Shown one piece after another: positions 1-9,640 of a stretch of DNA of 64,000 nucleotides; the first letter of the stretch is position 1, and each line of letters begins with the position of its first letter. This stretch comes from a bacterium. GTDB taxonomy: Bacteria; UBA8248. A program made the translations under genes and the position numbers. The notes under the pieces were generated by a model. The model was not told the DNA's origin. It worked only from the letters and a program-made list of their open reading frames with translations, and did no database searches. The DNA lies in the NCBI GenBank assembly GCA_965199855.1, contig OZ241326.1, positions 320,001 to 384,000 of the forward strand. Direction: 5' to 3'.

Positions 1-368
1 ACGGCGAGGGGAAGGCCGCTCGCCGCGACGGGCGCCTCGAGCCTGCCCAGGCGGCTGGCCTTCCCCGCGTCGATGAGAAGGCAGGCGTCGAAGCGCGACG
101 CCCAGCCCTCCTCCGCCAGAAGCGCGCCGCCCTCCCGGACGAGGCCCTCGGGGTCGAAGGGGGCGGCGAAGGCGGGCGCCTTGTCCTCGGCGACGACCGT
201 GGCCCGCCTGCCGAGGATCCGGAGGTAGCGGGCGAGGGCGATGGCCGAGAGGAGGCCGTCGCCGTCCGGTCCCGCGTGGGTGAGGAGCAGGAGGCGATCG
301 TGGCGCGAGAGGAAGTCTCTCAGGGGCTGAAAGCGGCCGGGCTCCCCGTCCCTCCCGTCCGCGCTCAC
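1..368 (-). CDS. DHH-family phosphoesterase (NrnA-like), truncated at window edge
   Basis: Hand-translated. GTG at 368 overlaps the pncB stop (GTGA). Reads ...LLLTHAGPDGDGLLSAIALARYL..., the DHH motif I (H.PD.D). Not in the ORF track. Confidence 0.8.
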   Translation of the reverse strand, partial: MSADGRDGEPGRFQPLRDFLSRHDRLLLLTHAGPDGDGLLSAIALARYLRILGRRATVVAEDKAPAFAAPFDPEGLVREGGALLAEEGWASRFDACLLIDAGKASRLGRLEAPVAASGLPLA

Positions 369-1537
369 GGGGCCGCGTCCAGGCTCACGCGGTGGAGCTG
401 GCGCAGGACGTAGGCCCTGATCTCCTTCGCGGAGGGCGCGGGCGCCGCGCGCTCGCCCTCCGTCATCACGGGCGCGAGCAGCTGCTCCATCACCCCGCCG
501 CAGGAGTCGCAGTCGCCGTAGGGCCTCTCCATCGGGATGACGCGCTCGGCGCCGCAGTCGCGGCAGCGCAGCAGATGCTTCGCGCCCGAGCGCTTGCCGC
601 GCTTGGCCGCGGCCGCGCCCTCTATCTCCACGATGTCCATCGAGAAATCTATCGTCGCCGCCGCGCTTATCGAGGTGCCCACCCCGTAGCCGCCGTCCAC
701 GACCGGGTTGAGCTCCAGAATCTTCTCCTCGTCCAGCCCCCCGCTCACGAAGAGCTTCACGCGCGGGAAGCCCGCCCTGTCCAGCTCCCAGCGCACCTCC
801 TCGAGAATCTGGCGCAGGTTCCCCCGGCGCGAGGCCGGCGTGTCGATCCGCACGGCCGAGAGGCGGTCGGCGAGGGCGCGCGCCGCCGCCAGCGCCTCGA
901 ACTTCTCGTCCCCGAAGGTGTCCGCCAGCGCGACGCGCTCCACCTCGGGCTCGATGGTCTCGTCGAAGGCGCGCAGCGCCGGCGCCAGGCCCTCCATGAG
1001 CAGAACCAGCGCGTGGGGCATCGTGCCCGCCGCCGGAATCTCCAGGAGCTCGGCCCCCAGAGCCATGGCGACGCCGTCGCAGCCGCCGAGGAAGGCGGCG
1101 CGCTCGACCATCGGCGCGACGGCCGGGTGCATCCGCCGCGCGCCGAAGCTCGCGAGCCGACGGCCCCCGGCCGCGATGCGGCAGCGCGCCGCCTTGGTGG
1201 CGATGCCGCTCGCCTGGCACATCAGCCCGAGGACGGGGGTCTCCAGCCGGCAGAAGTCGTTGTAGAGGCCCTCGATCTCGAGGACGGGGTGGGAGGGCCG
1301 GAAGACGGCGCCCTCCGGCGCGGCGCGGACGCTCAGGGGCAGACCCTCGAGCAGGGAGAGAATCTCCTCCAGGCCCGCGAACACCCCCCAGCCGCCGGGA
1401 AGCGACTTGGCCGCGAACTCCGCGCGCGCGCGCTTTCTGACGCCCTTGGCCTCGAGAATCCTGCGCGTCCGCTCGAAATAGACGTCCGTCACCCGGCCCG
1501 AGCGGATGTCGTCGAAATCCGCGGTGAAAAAACTCAA
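365..1537 (-). CDS. pncB: Nicotinate phosphoribosyltransferase (archaeal-like, with C-terminal CxxC..CxxC Zn ribbon)
   Basis: TDVYF, SFGARR, GTMPHAL, VRIDT, SGG, YGVGT and AKRGK motifs. Confidence 0.9.
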   Translation of the reverse strand: MSFFTADFDDIRSGRVTDVYFERTRRILEAKGVRKRARAEFAAKSLPGGWGVFAGLEEILSLLEGLPLSVRAAPEGAVFRPSHPVLEIEGLYNDFCRLETPVLGLMCQASGIATKAARCRIAAGGRRLASFGARRMHPAVAPMVERAAFLGGCDGVAMALGAELLEIPAAGTMPHALVLLMEGLAPALRAFDETIEPEVERVALADTFGDEKFEALAAARALADRLSAVRIDTPASRRGNLRQILEEVRWELDRAGFPRVKLFVSGGLDEEKILELNPVVDGGYGVGTSISAAATIDFSMDIVEIEGAAAAKRGKRSGAKHLLRCRDCGAERVIPMERPYGDCDSCGGVMEQLLAPVMTEGERAAPAPSAKEIRAYVLRQLHRVSLDAAP

Positions 1538-1559
1538 GGGAGCTCCGCCAGGAAAGCCG

Positions 1560-2108
1560 CTATTCGGCGGGCGCCGCCTCTGCGGGGGCTTCGGGGCGCA
1601 TGTCCGCCTCCTGGTTTCTGAGGCCGAACAGCTTGCCCCAGGGGCGGGGGCCCGCGTAGTTCACCTCCTTCTCCCAGACGTCGTAGAGGCGCTCCTTGCC
1701 GAAGACGAGATCGTCGCGGAAATACCCGGGCGTCTCGTATTGGTGGGTGTGGACGATGGATTTGGGCGTCGTGGGACACGCCTCGGTGCAGAGGCCGCAA
1801 TACATGCAGCGCATGTAGTCGATGTAGAACTCGCGGGCGTACATCTCGCGGCCCTTGCCCGCCGTGACGATGGTGATGCAGTCCACCGGGCACGCCTTCT
1901 CGCAGTTCAGGCAGCCGATGCAGAGCTCCTCGCCCGTCTTGAAGTCGCGCGTGAGGCCCAGAAACCCCCGGAAGCGCTCGGGCGGCTCCCAGCGCTCCGT
2001 GGGATACTGGAGCGTGACGGGCTTCTTGAACATGTGCCGCAACGTGGCGGCCATGCCCTTCGCGATGTCCCAGAGAAAGAATTTTTTGAGCCCTCTGGCG
2101 AACTCCAT
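1560..2108 (-). CDS. nuoI: NADH-quinone oxidoreductase subunit I-like 2x[4Fe-4S] protein (orphan)
   Basis: VTLQYP.E, RFRG, CIGCLNCEKACP and CMYCGLCTEACP. Confidence 0.85.
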   Translation of the reverse strand: MEFARGLKKFFLWDIAKGMAATLRHMFKKPVTLQYPTERWEPPERFRGFLGLTRDFKTGEELCIGCLNCEKACPVDCITIVTAGKGREMYAREFYIDYMRCMYCGLCTEACPTTPKSIVHTHQYETPGYFRDDLVFGKERLYDVWEKEVNYAGPRPWGKLFGLRNQEADMRPEAPAEAAPAE

Positions 2109-2133
2109 TCCTCTCTCTCCCCGTCCTGAAGCC

Positions 2134-3090
2134 TTAGGAGGCCGCCGCGGCGGCCTTCCTCGCCTCCGCCTGCGCCTCGAGATACTTCTCGGCCGCCACC
2201 GCCGCCGTCGTCGCGTCGCCCGAGGCGTTCGTGATCTGGCGAATCAGCTGGCTGCGGCAGTCGCCCGCCACGAAGAGGCCCGGAACGCTCGACTCCATGT
2301 TCTGATCCGTCAAGATGAAGCCGGCCTCGTCCTTCTCGACGGGGTCTTTTATCAAATCCGTGTTGGGAATGAAACCGATGAACACGAACAGGCCGGTGGC
2401 GTCGATCTCCTTCGCCTCGCCGGTCTTCACGTTCCTGACGCGCAGCTTCTTCATCTCCTTCTCGTCGCCGACCACCTCCTCGGCCACGTGATCCGTGATG
2501 ATGTCCATCTTGGGGTTCCCGCGCGCCTTGTCCACCAGCACCGCGTGGGCGCGGAACCGATCCCGGCGGTGGACGAGATAGACCTTCGAGCCGTATTTCG
2601 TGAGGAACTGCCCCTCCTCGACGGCGCTGTTGCCGCCGCCCACGACGGTGATCACCTCGTCCTGGAAGAAGGCGCCGTCGCACAGGGCGCAGTAGCTCAC
2701 GCCCTTGCCCGCGTATCTCTCCTCGCCCGGAATCCCGAGCTTGCGCGGATGGCCGCCGGGCGTGTAGATGACGGCGCCGCAGCGGCGCTCGCCCACGTCG
2801 GTGACGACGATGAAGTCGTCCCCGTCCTTGCGCACCTCCGAGACGTCCTCCATCTCGATCTTCAGGCCGAACTTCAGCGCGTGGTCGGTGAACTTCGCCG
2901 CCAGCTCCTGGCCGCCGATGAGCTCGAAGCCCGGGTAGTCCTCCACGTGCTCGGTGTTGAGAATCTCGCCGCCGGGGGCGAGCTTCTCGTAGCAGACCAC
3001 GTTCATCTTCGAGCGCGAGGCGTAGAGCCCCGCCGTCAGCCCGGCGGGCCCCGCCCCGATGATGATGATGTCGAAATCGCGCGTCGCCAA
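2134..3090 (-). CDS. trxB: Thioredoxin-disulfide reductase
   Basis: GAGPAG, GVSYCALCDG, GGGNSA, VHRRD and AGD motifs. Confidence 0.93.
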   Translation of the reverse strand: MATRDFDIIIIGAGPAGLTAGLYASRSKMNVVCYEKLAPGGEILNTEHVEDYPGFELIGGQELAAKFTDHALKFGLKIEMEDVSEVRKDGDDFIVVTDVGERRCGAVIYTPGGHPRKLGIPGEERYAGKGVSYCALCDGAFFQDEVITVVGGGNSAVEEGQFLTKYGSKVYLVHRRDRFRAHAVLVDKARGNPKMDIITDHVAEEVVGDEKEMKKLRVRNVKTGEAKEIDATGLFVFIGFIPNTDLIKDPVEKDEAGFILTDQNMESSVPGLFVAGDCRSQLIRQITNASGDATTAAVAAEKYLEAQAEARKAAAAAS

Positions 3091-3210
3091 AGCGAATCTC
3101 CAGACCTGAAGGAACGAACAGAGGCGAACCCCGCCGCCGAACCCGCGCGCAACGGGCGGATTCTAGCATCCGCGCCGCGCCGCGCCAACCCCGCGAGGGG
3201 GATCCCCCGC

Positions 3211-3456
3211 TCAGCCGGCGGCGCCCAGCAGGGCCTCGAGCCGCGCCGGGTCGAAGCCGACGACCTTCTCCCCGCCCACGAAGACGACCGGGGCGGCGCG
3301 CATGTTCGCCCTCCGGAAGAGCTCCTCGAGTGCCTCCTGGTCCTCATCCACCAGCTTCTCCTCGTAGGGAACGCCGCGCCGGGAGAGAAACTCTCTCACC
3401 GCCTTGCAGGGCGCTCAGGCCGAGGATGCGTAGAGCGTCACTTTCAAATCCGGCAT
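3211..3456 (-). CDS. Glutaredoxin/NrdH-like selenoprotein (UAPC active site, in-frame TGA at 3415-3417)
   Basis: ATG at 3456 preceded by GGGAGG. Reads MPDLKVTLYASSA-U-APCKAVREFLSRRGVPYEEK...AAPVVFVGGEKVVGFD. The TGA sits at the first Cys of the CxxC motif. Confidence 0.85.
3380..3401 (-). promoter_or_regulatory. Candidate bacterial SECIS hairpin
   Basis: CGG-U(bulge)-GAGAGA-GUU-UCUCUC-CCG, starting 13 nt after the in-frame UGA. Confidence 0.65.
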
Positions 3457-3547
3457 CGTCCCCTCCCGGAAAAACCCATGGCGGCGCGCCCTCGACGCCA
3501 CATTCCCGCGTTCGCTCCACCGCTCCCGGGGCGCGGGGGAGCCTCCG

Positions 3548-4918
3548 CTACCGGGGCGTGTTCACCCGCTCCAGCAGCACCGTCAGCTCCCTTACGCGAA
3601 TGGCGTCCAGCCTCGATACGGCGTCCACGATCTCCGCGCGCAGCCGGGCGTCCGCGCGGGCCTCGCTCAGCGCCTCGAACTTCTCGTTCACCGTCCCCCA
3701 CCGCATCGGGGAGGAGAAGTGCCCCTCCCAGGCGGATTTGTCCAGCCTGTAGATTTCGCCGTCCTTCATCCGGATGGAGAGCAGGACGGGCGACAGGGCG
3801 GGATACCGCGCCGTCATCTCGTCCGAATTCACGGTCCGCACCTTCTTCAAGAGCGTCTGCGCGTCGTCCGCGCGGATTCTCTCCTCCTCATACTGCGCGG
3901 GCAGAACCTGCTCGTCGAGGAGGGCGGCGGCCAGGACGTAGGGCAGGCTGTGATCCGCCGTCTCCTTGTTCAGCACGCGCTCGCGCGCGCCCGCCTTGCC
4001 CTCTCCCATGATGAAGTAGGCGCGCTCGTAGATTCCGACTTCGATCTCCTCGATCTCGCCGGGGTCGATGCCGTGCCTGCGCTTCATCTCGATGACGCCC
4101 TCGATGGCCGTCTGGGAGTGGAGGCCCGCGTTGTAGCGCTTCACGCTGATCTCGAGCATCTTGGTCAGGCTCTCGTCCGACCAATCGACCTCGAACTCTC
4201 CCGTCACCGACTCGAAGACCCCCAGGGGGCCCTCCACCAGCAGGAGGGGCCCCTCCACCCCGCGCATGGCGAGGAACGTCGAGTGCACCCCGCTGTGCGC
4301 GCAGGCCGCGTAGGCGAACCCCTTCCAGTGGGAGAGCTCGCCCGTGCGCGTGATGAGCAGGGGATTCTGGCGCACCCCGCTCAGCGCGATGGCGTGGGCC
4401 GTTCTCTCCGCGTCGAGGCCCAGGGCGCGCGAGGCGCCCGCCGCCACGGCGTAGGCGCCCGCCATGGGCTGGTCGAAGCCCCGCTTCTCGTAGGGGGCGC
4501 CGTCGCAGAGGCGGCACTGCACCTCGTACGCCAGGGCGAGGGAGGCGAGGAACTCCGCCCCGCTCGCGTCCGCGTATTCGGCCGCCGCCAGCACGCTGCC
4601 CGCGTTGTCGCTCGGGTGCGAGGTGGCCAGCCTGCCCATGAATCCGTCGTTGAAGTCGAGGTAGCGGATCAGCGCGGTGTTGTAGAACGCCGCCGCGTCG
4701 GGCGCGGCCCTGCCGCCGCCGATGAGCGCGCACAGGGGCGCGCCGCCGAAGTCGTCCGCCTGCTCGCGCAGGAAGCGCACCGGGCCCTCGCCCAGCGAGC
4801 CGATGGCGCAGCCGATGGCGTCGAGCGCGAGCATCTTCATCTGCCCGCGCGCGTCCTCGGAGAGGTCGTCGAAGCTCCGCGCGGCGGCGAACGCCGCGAT
4901 TTCCTCCACAATCGTCAT
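3548..4918 (-). CDS. MmgE/PrpD family protein (2-methylcitrate dehydratase-like)
   Basis: RYLDFND, HPSDN, GELSHWKG and TADHSLPY motifs. Confidence 0.88.
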   Translation of the reverse strand: MTIVEEIAAFAAARSFDDLSEDARGQMKMLALDAIGCAIGSLGEGPVRFLREQADDFGGAPLCALIGGGRAAPDAAAFYNTALIRYLDFNDGFMGRLATSHPSDNAGSVLAAAEYADASGAEFLASLALAYEVQCRLCDGAPYEKRGFDQPMAGAYAVAAGASRALGLDAERTAHAIALSGVRQNPLLITRTGELSHWKGFAYAACAHSGVHSTFLAMRGVEGPLLLVEGPLGVFESVTGEFEVDWSDESLTKMLEISVKRYNAGLHSQTAIEGVIEMKRRHGIDPGEIEEIEVGIYERAYFIMGEGKAGARERVLNKETADHSLPYVLAAALLDEQVLPAQYEEERIRADDAQTLLKKVRTVNSDEMTARYPALSPVLLSIRMKDGEIYRLDKSAWEGHFSSPMRWGTVNEKFEALSEARADARLRAEIVDAVSRLDAIRVRELTVLLERVNTPR

Positions 4919-4948
4919 GTTCGCTCCTTCGTCGAATCCGGGCGGGGG

Positions 4949-5959
4949 CTAGCCGCCGTTCAGTTTCCGGTACGCCTTCTGCATGACGAGGGCGTCGTAT
5001 TCCAGCGCCGGACTCTCGCACACCACCCGGCCCTCGGCGCCGAAGTCTATCAGCGCGCGGAACAGATCCGGATAGTTCATGTCCGACTCGTCGAGCTCGA
5101 GGTGGTGCGCCTCGCCCTTGTCCGAATACGCGATGCCCGAGAGGTGGATGTGCATGTCCAGCAGGGCGCCCGCCCCCATCCTGTTCTTCAGGAGCTCGAG
5201 CTGCGCCCCGAACTCCTCGTAGGTGTTGTTCGCCCCGGCGGAGCGGGCGTGGACGTGGGCGAAGTCGATCGTCATCCCGACGTTCTTCTCCGCGAGCGCC
5301 TCGCCCATGCCGGCGATCTCCTCGAGCGAGCCGAACTGGCTGCCCTTGCCCGTCGTCTCCGGATCCAGGCGAACCGGGCAGCCCTCCTCCTCCAGAGCGT
5401 CGGCGAGCTCCCCTATCTGGCGGCAGATGAAGTCATAGACCTCCTTCGGGTCGCGCTTCTGGTAGAAGCCGGGGTGGAAGCACGCCCCGTCGCCGCCGCA
5501 GGCGGCCAGGGCGCGCGCCGTGTCCAGCACGCGCTTGCGGCTCGCCTCCACCTTCTCCTCCTCCAGCGAATAGAGGTTCACGTAATAGGGGCCGTGCGCC
5601 GTGACGCGGACGCCCGTCTCCGCCCGGGCGGCTCGCACCTCCTCGCAGGTTTCGGGCCGGATGCGGACGCCGTGGACGAACTCCATCTCATAGACGCCCA
5701 GCCCCAGCTCCCGGAGCCGGCGCGCCGCCGCCGGGTGGGTCTGCGGGCGCGCCGAGTGCGGGACGCCCCCGGTGCCGAAGAAGAGCCTGTCCGCCCTTTT
5801 GGGCTTCGCGCTCGGGCGGAGCGGGCCGTCATAGGTTCGATTCTTCGGCTTCTCCCGCGGAACGCCCGGCGCCCAGCCGCGCACGTCCGCCTTCGGCTTC
5901 GCCGCTTTCTTCCTGGCGGCGGCTCCGGGAGCCGCCCGTTTCCTCTCCGGCACGCTCAT
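4949..5959 (-). CDS. AP endonuclease IV-like TIM-barrel protein (archaeal-like subfamily) with basic N-terminal extension
   Basis: HGPYYVNL, FHPGFY, PETTGKGSQFG, DFAHVHAR and HIHLSGI motifs. Confidence 0.8.
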   Translation of the reverse strand: MSVPERKRAAPGAAARKKAAKPKADVRGWAPGVPREKPKNRTYDGPLRPSAKPKRADRLFFGTGGVPHSARPQTHPAAARRLRELGLGVYEMEFVHGVRIRPETCEEVRAARAETGVRVTAHGPYYVNLYSLEEEKVEASRKRVLDTARALAACGGDGACFHPGFYQKRDPKEVYDFICRQIGELADALEEEGCPVRLDPETTGKGSQFGSLEEIAGMGEALAEKNVGMTIDFAHVHARSAGANNTYEEFGAQLELLKNRMGAGALLDMHIHLSGIAYSDKGEAHHLELDESDMNYPDLFRALIDFGAEGRVVCESPALEYDALVMQKAYRKLNGG

Positions 5960-6176
5960 CCCCCGAAGCTATCCCGCGCAAATGCGCCGTTTTTTTCTCG
6001 GATCGCTCTTTCAGGCGGTCGATGGCCCACTCTAGCAGATATGCGCGCACGCTGCGAAGCCTCCCTGAAGACAATGGCGCTTGCGCCGCCTCACCATTTA
6101 CGGGACTCACGGGAAAAATATCCGCGCTCACGCAGAGCCGGTCAAACCCTCTCCGAATGCGAAATGTATCCTGAAT

Positions 6177-6803
6177 TCACGCGGCGGACGAGCCGCCGGG
6201 GGCGTCCGCAAGCCACTGCGCCATCTGCGCGAGAATCTCCCGCCTGCCCCGCCCGTCCTTCGCGCTACAGAGAACCGGCCCGGCCCACCGCCCATACAGC
6301 CCGCCGCCGGCCGTCATGGTCGAGGCGAGGGCGTCCACGGTCTTTCGCCTCTCGCTCTGCCTGAGCTTGTCCGCCTTGGTGAGCGCGAGGCAGGCCGGAA
6401 CGTCCGCCGCCGCCAGCCATTCCAGGAGCGCCAGGTCCATCTCCCCCGCTCCCCGGCGCGAATCGATGAGCACGACCACGCCCAGGAGCGTCTCGCGCTC
6501 CCTGAGATACGCCTCGACCATCGGCCGCCAGCGCGCCCTCTCCGCAAGCGGGGCGCGCGCGTAGCCGTAGCCCGGCAAGTCCACGAGCGCGAAGCGGTCG
6601 TCCACGCCGAAGAAGTTGATGAGCCGGGTCTTGCCCGGCGCCGCGCTGGTCTTGGCGAGGCTCTTTCGATTCGTCAGAAAGTTGATGAGCGAGGATTTGC
6701 CGACGTTGCTCCTGCCCGCGAAGGCGATCTCCGGAAGGTCGGCGCCGGGCCAGCCGGCGCGCTCGGCCGCGCTCTTGATGAACGCGGCGCTTCGGATTCT
6801 CAT
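6177..6803 (-). CDS. engB: Ribosome biogenesis GTPase YihA/YsxC
   Basis: GRSNVGKSS, PGKT, DLPGYGY and TKADK motifs. Confidence 0.93.
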   Translation of the reverse strand: MRIRSAAFIKSAAERAGWPGADLPEIAFAGRSNVGKSSLINFLTNRKSLAKTSAAPGKTRLINFFGVDDRFALVDLPGYGYARAPLAERARWRPMVEAYLRERETLLGVVVLIDSRRGAGEMDLALLEWLAAADVPACLALTKADKLRQSERRKTVDALASTMTAGGGLYGRWAGPVLCSAKDGRGRREILAQMAQWLADAPGGSSAA

Positions 6804-6819
6804 GTCTCGCGCCCGGGCG

Positions 6820-8136
6820 TCAGGAGGAGTCCCCCGCCGGGGGAGCGAAGGCGTGAACCACGAGCCCCGTGCGCAGCTTGGGGTAGAAATAGGTCGATTT
6901 GTGGGGCATCCGCCCGCCGGCGCGGGCGATGGCGCGCACCGAGGCGATGGGGGTGGGATTCAGCAGAAGCGCCGCCGCGCACGCCCCGCTCCGGGCGGAG
7001 GCGAGCGCCCGCTCCGGATCGGGCGTGAAGCCGATGTCCGCCTCCCCGTGGGACGCTCGATACGCGCCCTCCACGACGTCCGCGTGCAGGCGGCTCACGT
7101 CCAGGGCGGCGACGGCCTCCTCCACGGAGCCCGCCTCCCCCCCGCGCGGCGCGCCGACGAGATACCGCAGGCGCGCGCCGCCGTCGTAAAGACAGAACGC
7201 GGAGACCTCGCCCCTCTCCCGCGCCAGCCGCGCCAGCCGCGCCGCCGCCTCCGCGCCGCGCCCGGCCGCGGGCGCCGCTTCTTCCAGAATCTCGTATTTC
7301 CCCGCGAGGACGGCGAGCGCCTCCTCCGTCGTCGCGCCCGTCTTCCCGAGCAGCCTGTGCGTGGGCAGAATCGCCATCCCCGGGTCCGAGGCGTCCGCCA
7401 GGCACATGAGCGCGTAGTCCGCCGGGCCGCCCTCGGGCGCGCCGCGCGCCCGCGCCGCCTCCCGAAGGTTCAGGGAGGTTTCATAGCGGTGGTGGCCGTC
7501 CGCGATGAACACATCCTCCCCGCGGAGCGCCTCGCGCGCGGCCGCTATGGCGCGGGCGTCCGCGCACCGCCACAGGGTGTGGCGCACGCCGCCGTCCTCG
7601 AAATCGGCGAGGGGCGCGCCGGCCCTCGCGCCCTCCAGGACGCGCGCGGCCGCTCCGCGGGCGCCCTCGCTGAAGCCGAAGACGGGCCCCAGGTGCGCCC
7701 CGCACGCGCCCCACAAATCGAACAGATAGCCCTTGGGCTTCGGGAAGGTGCGCTCGTGCGGGTGAATCCGGCCCTCGCCGTAGGGCTCGAGCTTCACGGC
7801 GGCGAAAAACGAATGCCGCTCCAGGCGGGCGCCGTCGGGAAGGGAGAAGCGCTGCCGGTAGGGATAGAGGGCGGGGGCGTCGTCCAGCGCCATCTCCCCG
7901 CTCTCGCGCCACTCCCGAAGATGCGCGGCGGCGCGCGCCACCCGGCCCGCGTCTCCCTCCTCGCCCTCGTGGATTTCGCCCTGAATCAGCCGGGCGACGT
8001 TGCGGGGGTGGCGCTCGTGATAGGCGCGCCTCATTTCGGGCGTGAAGACGTCATAGGGCGGGGAGGAGACTTCTCCCATCTCCTCCGGCGCGGCGTTCGC
8101 GTACCTGAGCGCGCGAAACGCGCGGATTTCGACCAC
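6820..8136 (-). CDS. DUF1015 family protein
   Basis: PPYDV, PHERT, IADGHHRYET and MPHKSTYFYPK. Start moved to GTG 8136, downstream of the predicted promoter. Confidence 0.85.
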   Translation of the reverse strand: MVEIRAFRALRYANAAPEEMGEVSSPPYDVFTPEMRRAYHERHPRNVARLIQGEIHEGEEGDAGRVARAAAHLREWRESGEMALDDAPALYPYRQRFSLPDGARLERHSFFAAVKLEPYGEGRIHPHERTFPKPKGYLFDLWGACGAHLGPVFGFSEGARGAAARVLEGARAGAPLADFEDGGVRHTLWRCADARAIAAAREALRGEDVFIADGHHRYETSLNLREAARARGAPEGGPADYALMCLADASDPGMAILPTHRLLGKTGATTEEALAVLAGKYEILEEAAPAAGRGAEAAARLARLARERGEVSAFCLYDGGARLRYLVGAPRGGEAGSVEEAVAALDVSRLHADVVEGAYRASHGEADIGFTPDPERALASARSGACAAALLLNPTPIASVRAIARAGGRMPHKSTYFYPKLRTGLVVHAFAPPAGDSS

Positions 8137-8179
8137 GAAAAGCCCCTTTGCGCGAAGAGGGAAGGCGGGCGGCGCGAGG

Positions 8180-8208
8180 ATGGTAAGGCGGGGCGGGCGC
8201 GCTGTCAA
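8180..8208 (-). promoter_or_regulatory. sigma70-type promoter of the DUF1015-engB unit
   Basis: TTGACA-17 bp-TACCAT on the minus strand. Confidence 0.6.
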
Positions 8209-8327
8209 AACGGGACGGCCAGGGCGGGCGCGTCCGAATTTCCGGTGCGGGAGTTGACCCCGGCGGCGGGGCGGCCTAGTTTCCCGTTGACGGGGGGATC
8301 GCGCCGCGGGCGCGGAGGAGGAAGCGG

Positions 8328-9278
8328 TTGAGGACGAAATTCGGCGTCAGCTTCGGGATGCACCCCGAGCGCCTCTATCCGCCCGGGGAGATGTTCGCCT
8401 TCGCGGAGGAAGCCGAGGCGCTGGGCTACGACTCCCTGTGGATAGGCGATCACGTCTCCTTCTACGGCCACTACACCGAGAGCCTCACCACCCTGGCCGC
8501 CTACGCGGCGCGAACCAGCCGGATCACGCTGGGGACGAGCGTCTATCTCCTGCCGCTCCGAAGGCCCGCCGTCGCCGCCAAGACGGCGGCCACGGTGGAC
8601 TACCTCACGGGCGGGGGCCGCTTCATCTTCGGCGTGGGCGTGGGCGGCGAGGGGGCGGCGGAGTTCGAGCTCTGCGGCGTGCCGCTCTCGGAGCGGGGAG
8701 CGCGGACGGACGAATCCCTCGAAATCATGCGGAAGCTCTGGAGCGGCGAGGCGGTGAGCCACCAGGGGCGCTTCTGGCGGTTCGGCGGGGCGCGCCAGAC
8801 GCCGGCCCCGCTCACGCCGGGCGGCCCGCCCGTCTGGGCGGGCGGACGCAGCGACGCCGCCCGAAGGCGCGCCGCGCTCGCCTGCGAGGGCTACGTCTCC
8901 TACATGTTCACCGCCCCGCGCTTCGCCAGGGGCCTCGAGGACATGAGGCGGTGGGCGGAGGAGGCGGGCAGGCCCCTCGATATCGAGGGCGGAAAGTGGA
9001 CGCCCGCGCACCACGCCTTCATCTACGCGCACGAGGACGCGGAGCGCGCCCTGCGCCGCGGCGTCGAGAACCTCTCGATGCGCTACAACATGGACTTCGA
9101 CGGCATCGCGCAGAAGTATCTCCTCTACGGGCCGCCCGCGCGCTGCGTGGAGCGCATAGCCGAGTTCAAGGAGGCGGGGGTCAGGCACTTCATCTTCAAG
9201 CACGCGGGGCCGGCCGAGGAGGAGAGGGAGCAGATGGCGCTCCTGGCGCAGGAGGTGATTCCGGAGATGAGAGATTGA
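8328..9278 (+). CDS. LLM-class flavin-dependent oxidoreductase
   Basis: GYDSLWIGDH, AARTSRITLGT, GRFIFGVGVG and PPVWAGG motifs. Confidence 0.88.
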   Translation: MRTKFGVSFGMHPERLYPPGEMFAFAEEAEALGYDSLWIGDHVSFYGHYTESLTTLAAYAARTSRITLGTSVYLLPLRRPAVAAKTAATVDYLTGGGRFIFGVGVGGEGAAEFELCGVPLSERGARTDESLEIMRKLWSGEAVSHQGRFWRFGGARQTPAPLTPGGPPVWAGGRSDAARRRAALACEGYVSYMFTAPRFARGLEDMRRWAEEAGRPLDIEGGKWTPAHHAFIYAHEDAERALRRGVENLSMRYNMDFDGIAQKYLLYGPPARCVERIAEFKEAGVRHFIFKHAGPAEEEREQMALLAQEVIPEMRD

Positions 9279-9628
9279 GCGGAGCGAAGAGAAGCGGCCT
9301 CAAGTGGCCGGCGTGCACCCTTTTGATTCTCGCGATCCTGGGCGGAACGGCCTACTGGGGCTACGACAGATTCCAGGCCGAGCGCGCCATGACGAAGGCG
9401 CGCGCCGCCGCGCAGGCGCAAAAAGCGGGAGAGGCGGCGGCCGCGTCCCCCGCGCCGCCGACCTACCGGCCCGTATTTCCCCTGTCCTTTCTGGCGGGCT
9501 TCGCCCTGGTGATGGCGGCCATTCTGGGGAGCGTCATCTACTTCTGGTGGTCGCTCAAGGACATGGAGGGCGGCGGACGCTACGGCGAGGAGGAGGAGAA
9601 GGCCCCCGACGAGGCCCCCGCTCCCTGA
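9275..9628 (+). CDS. Small two-TM membrane protein, hypothetical
   Basis: TTG overlaps the LLM stop. Two hydrophobic stretches and an acidic tail. Confidence 0.6.
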   Translation: MSGAKRSGLKWPACTLLILAILGGTAYWGYDRFQAERAMTKARAAAQAQKAGEAAAASPAPPTYRPVFPLSFLAGFALVMAAILGSVIYFWWSLKDMEGGGRYGEEEEKAPDEAPAP

Positions 9629-9640
9629 AAGGCTCCCGCC

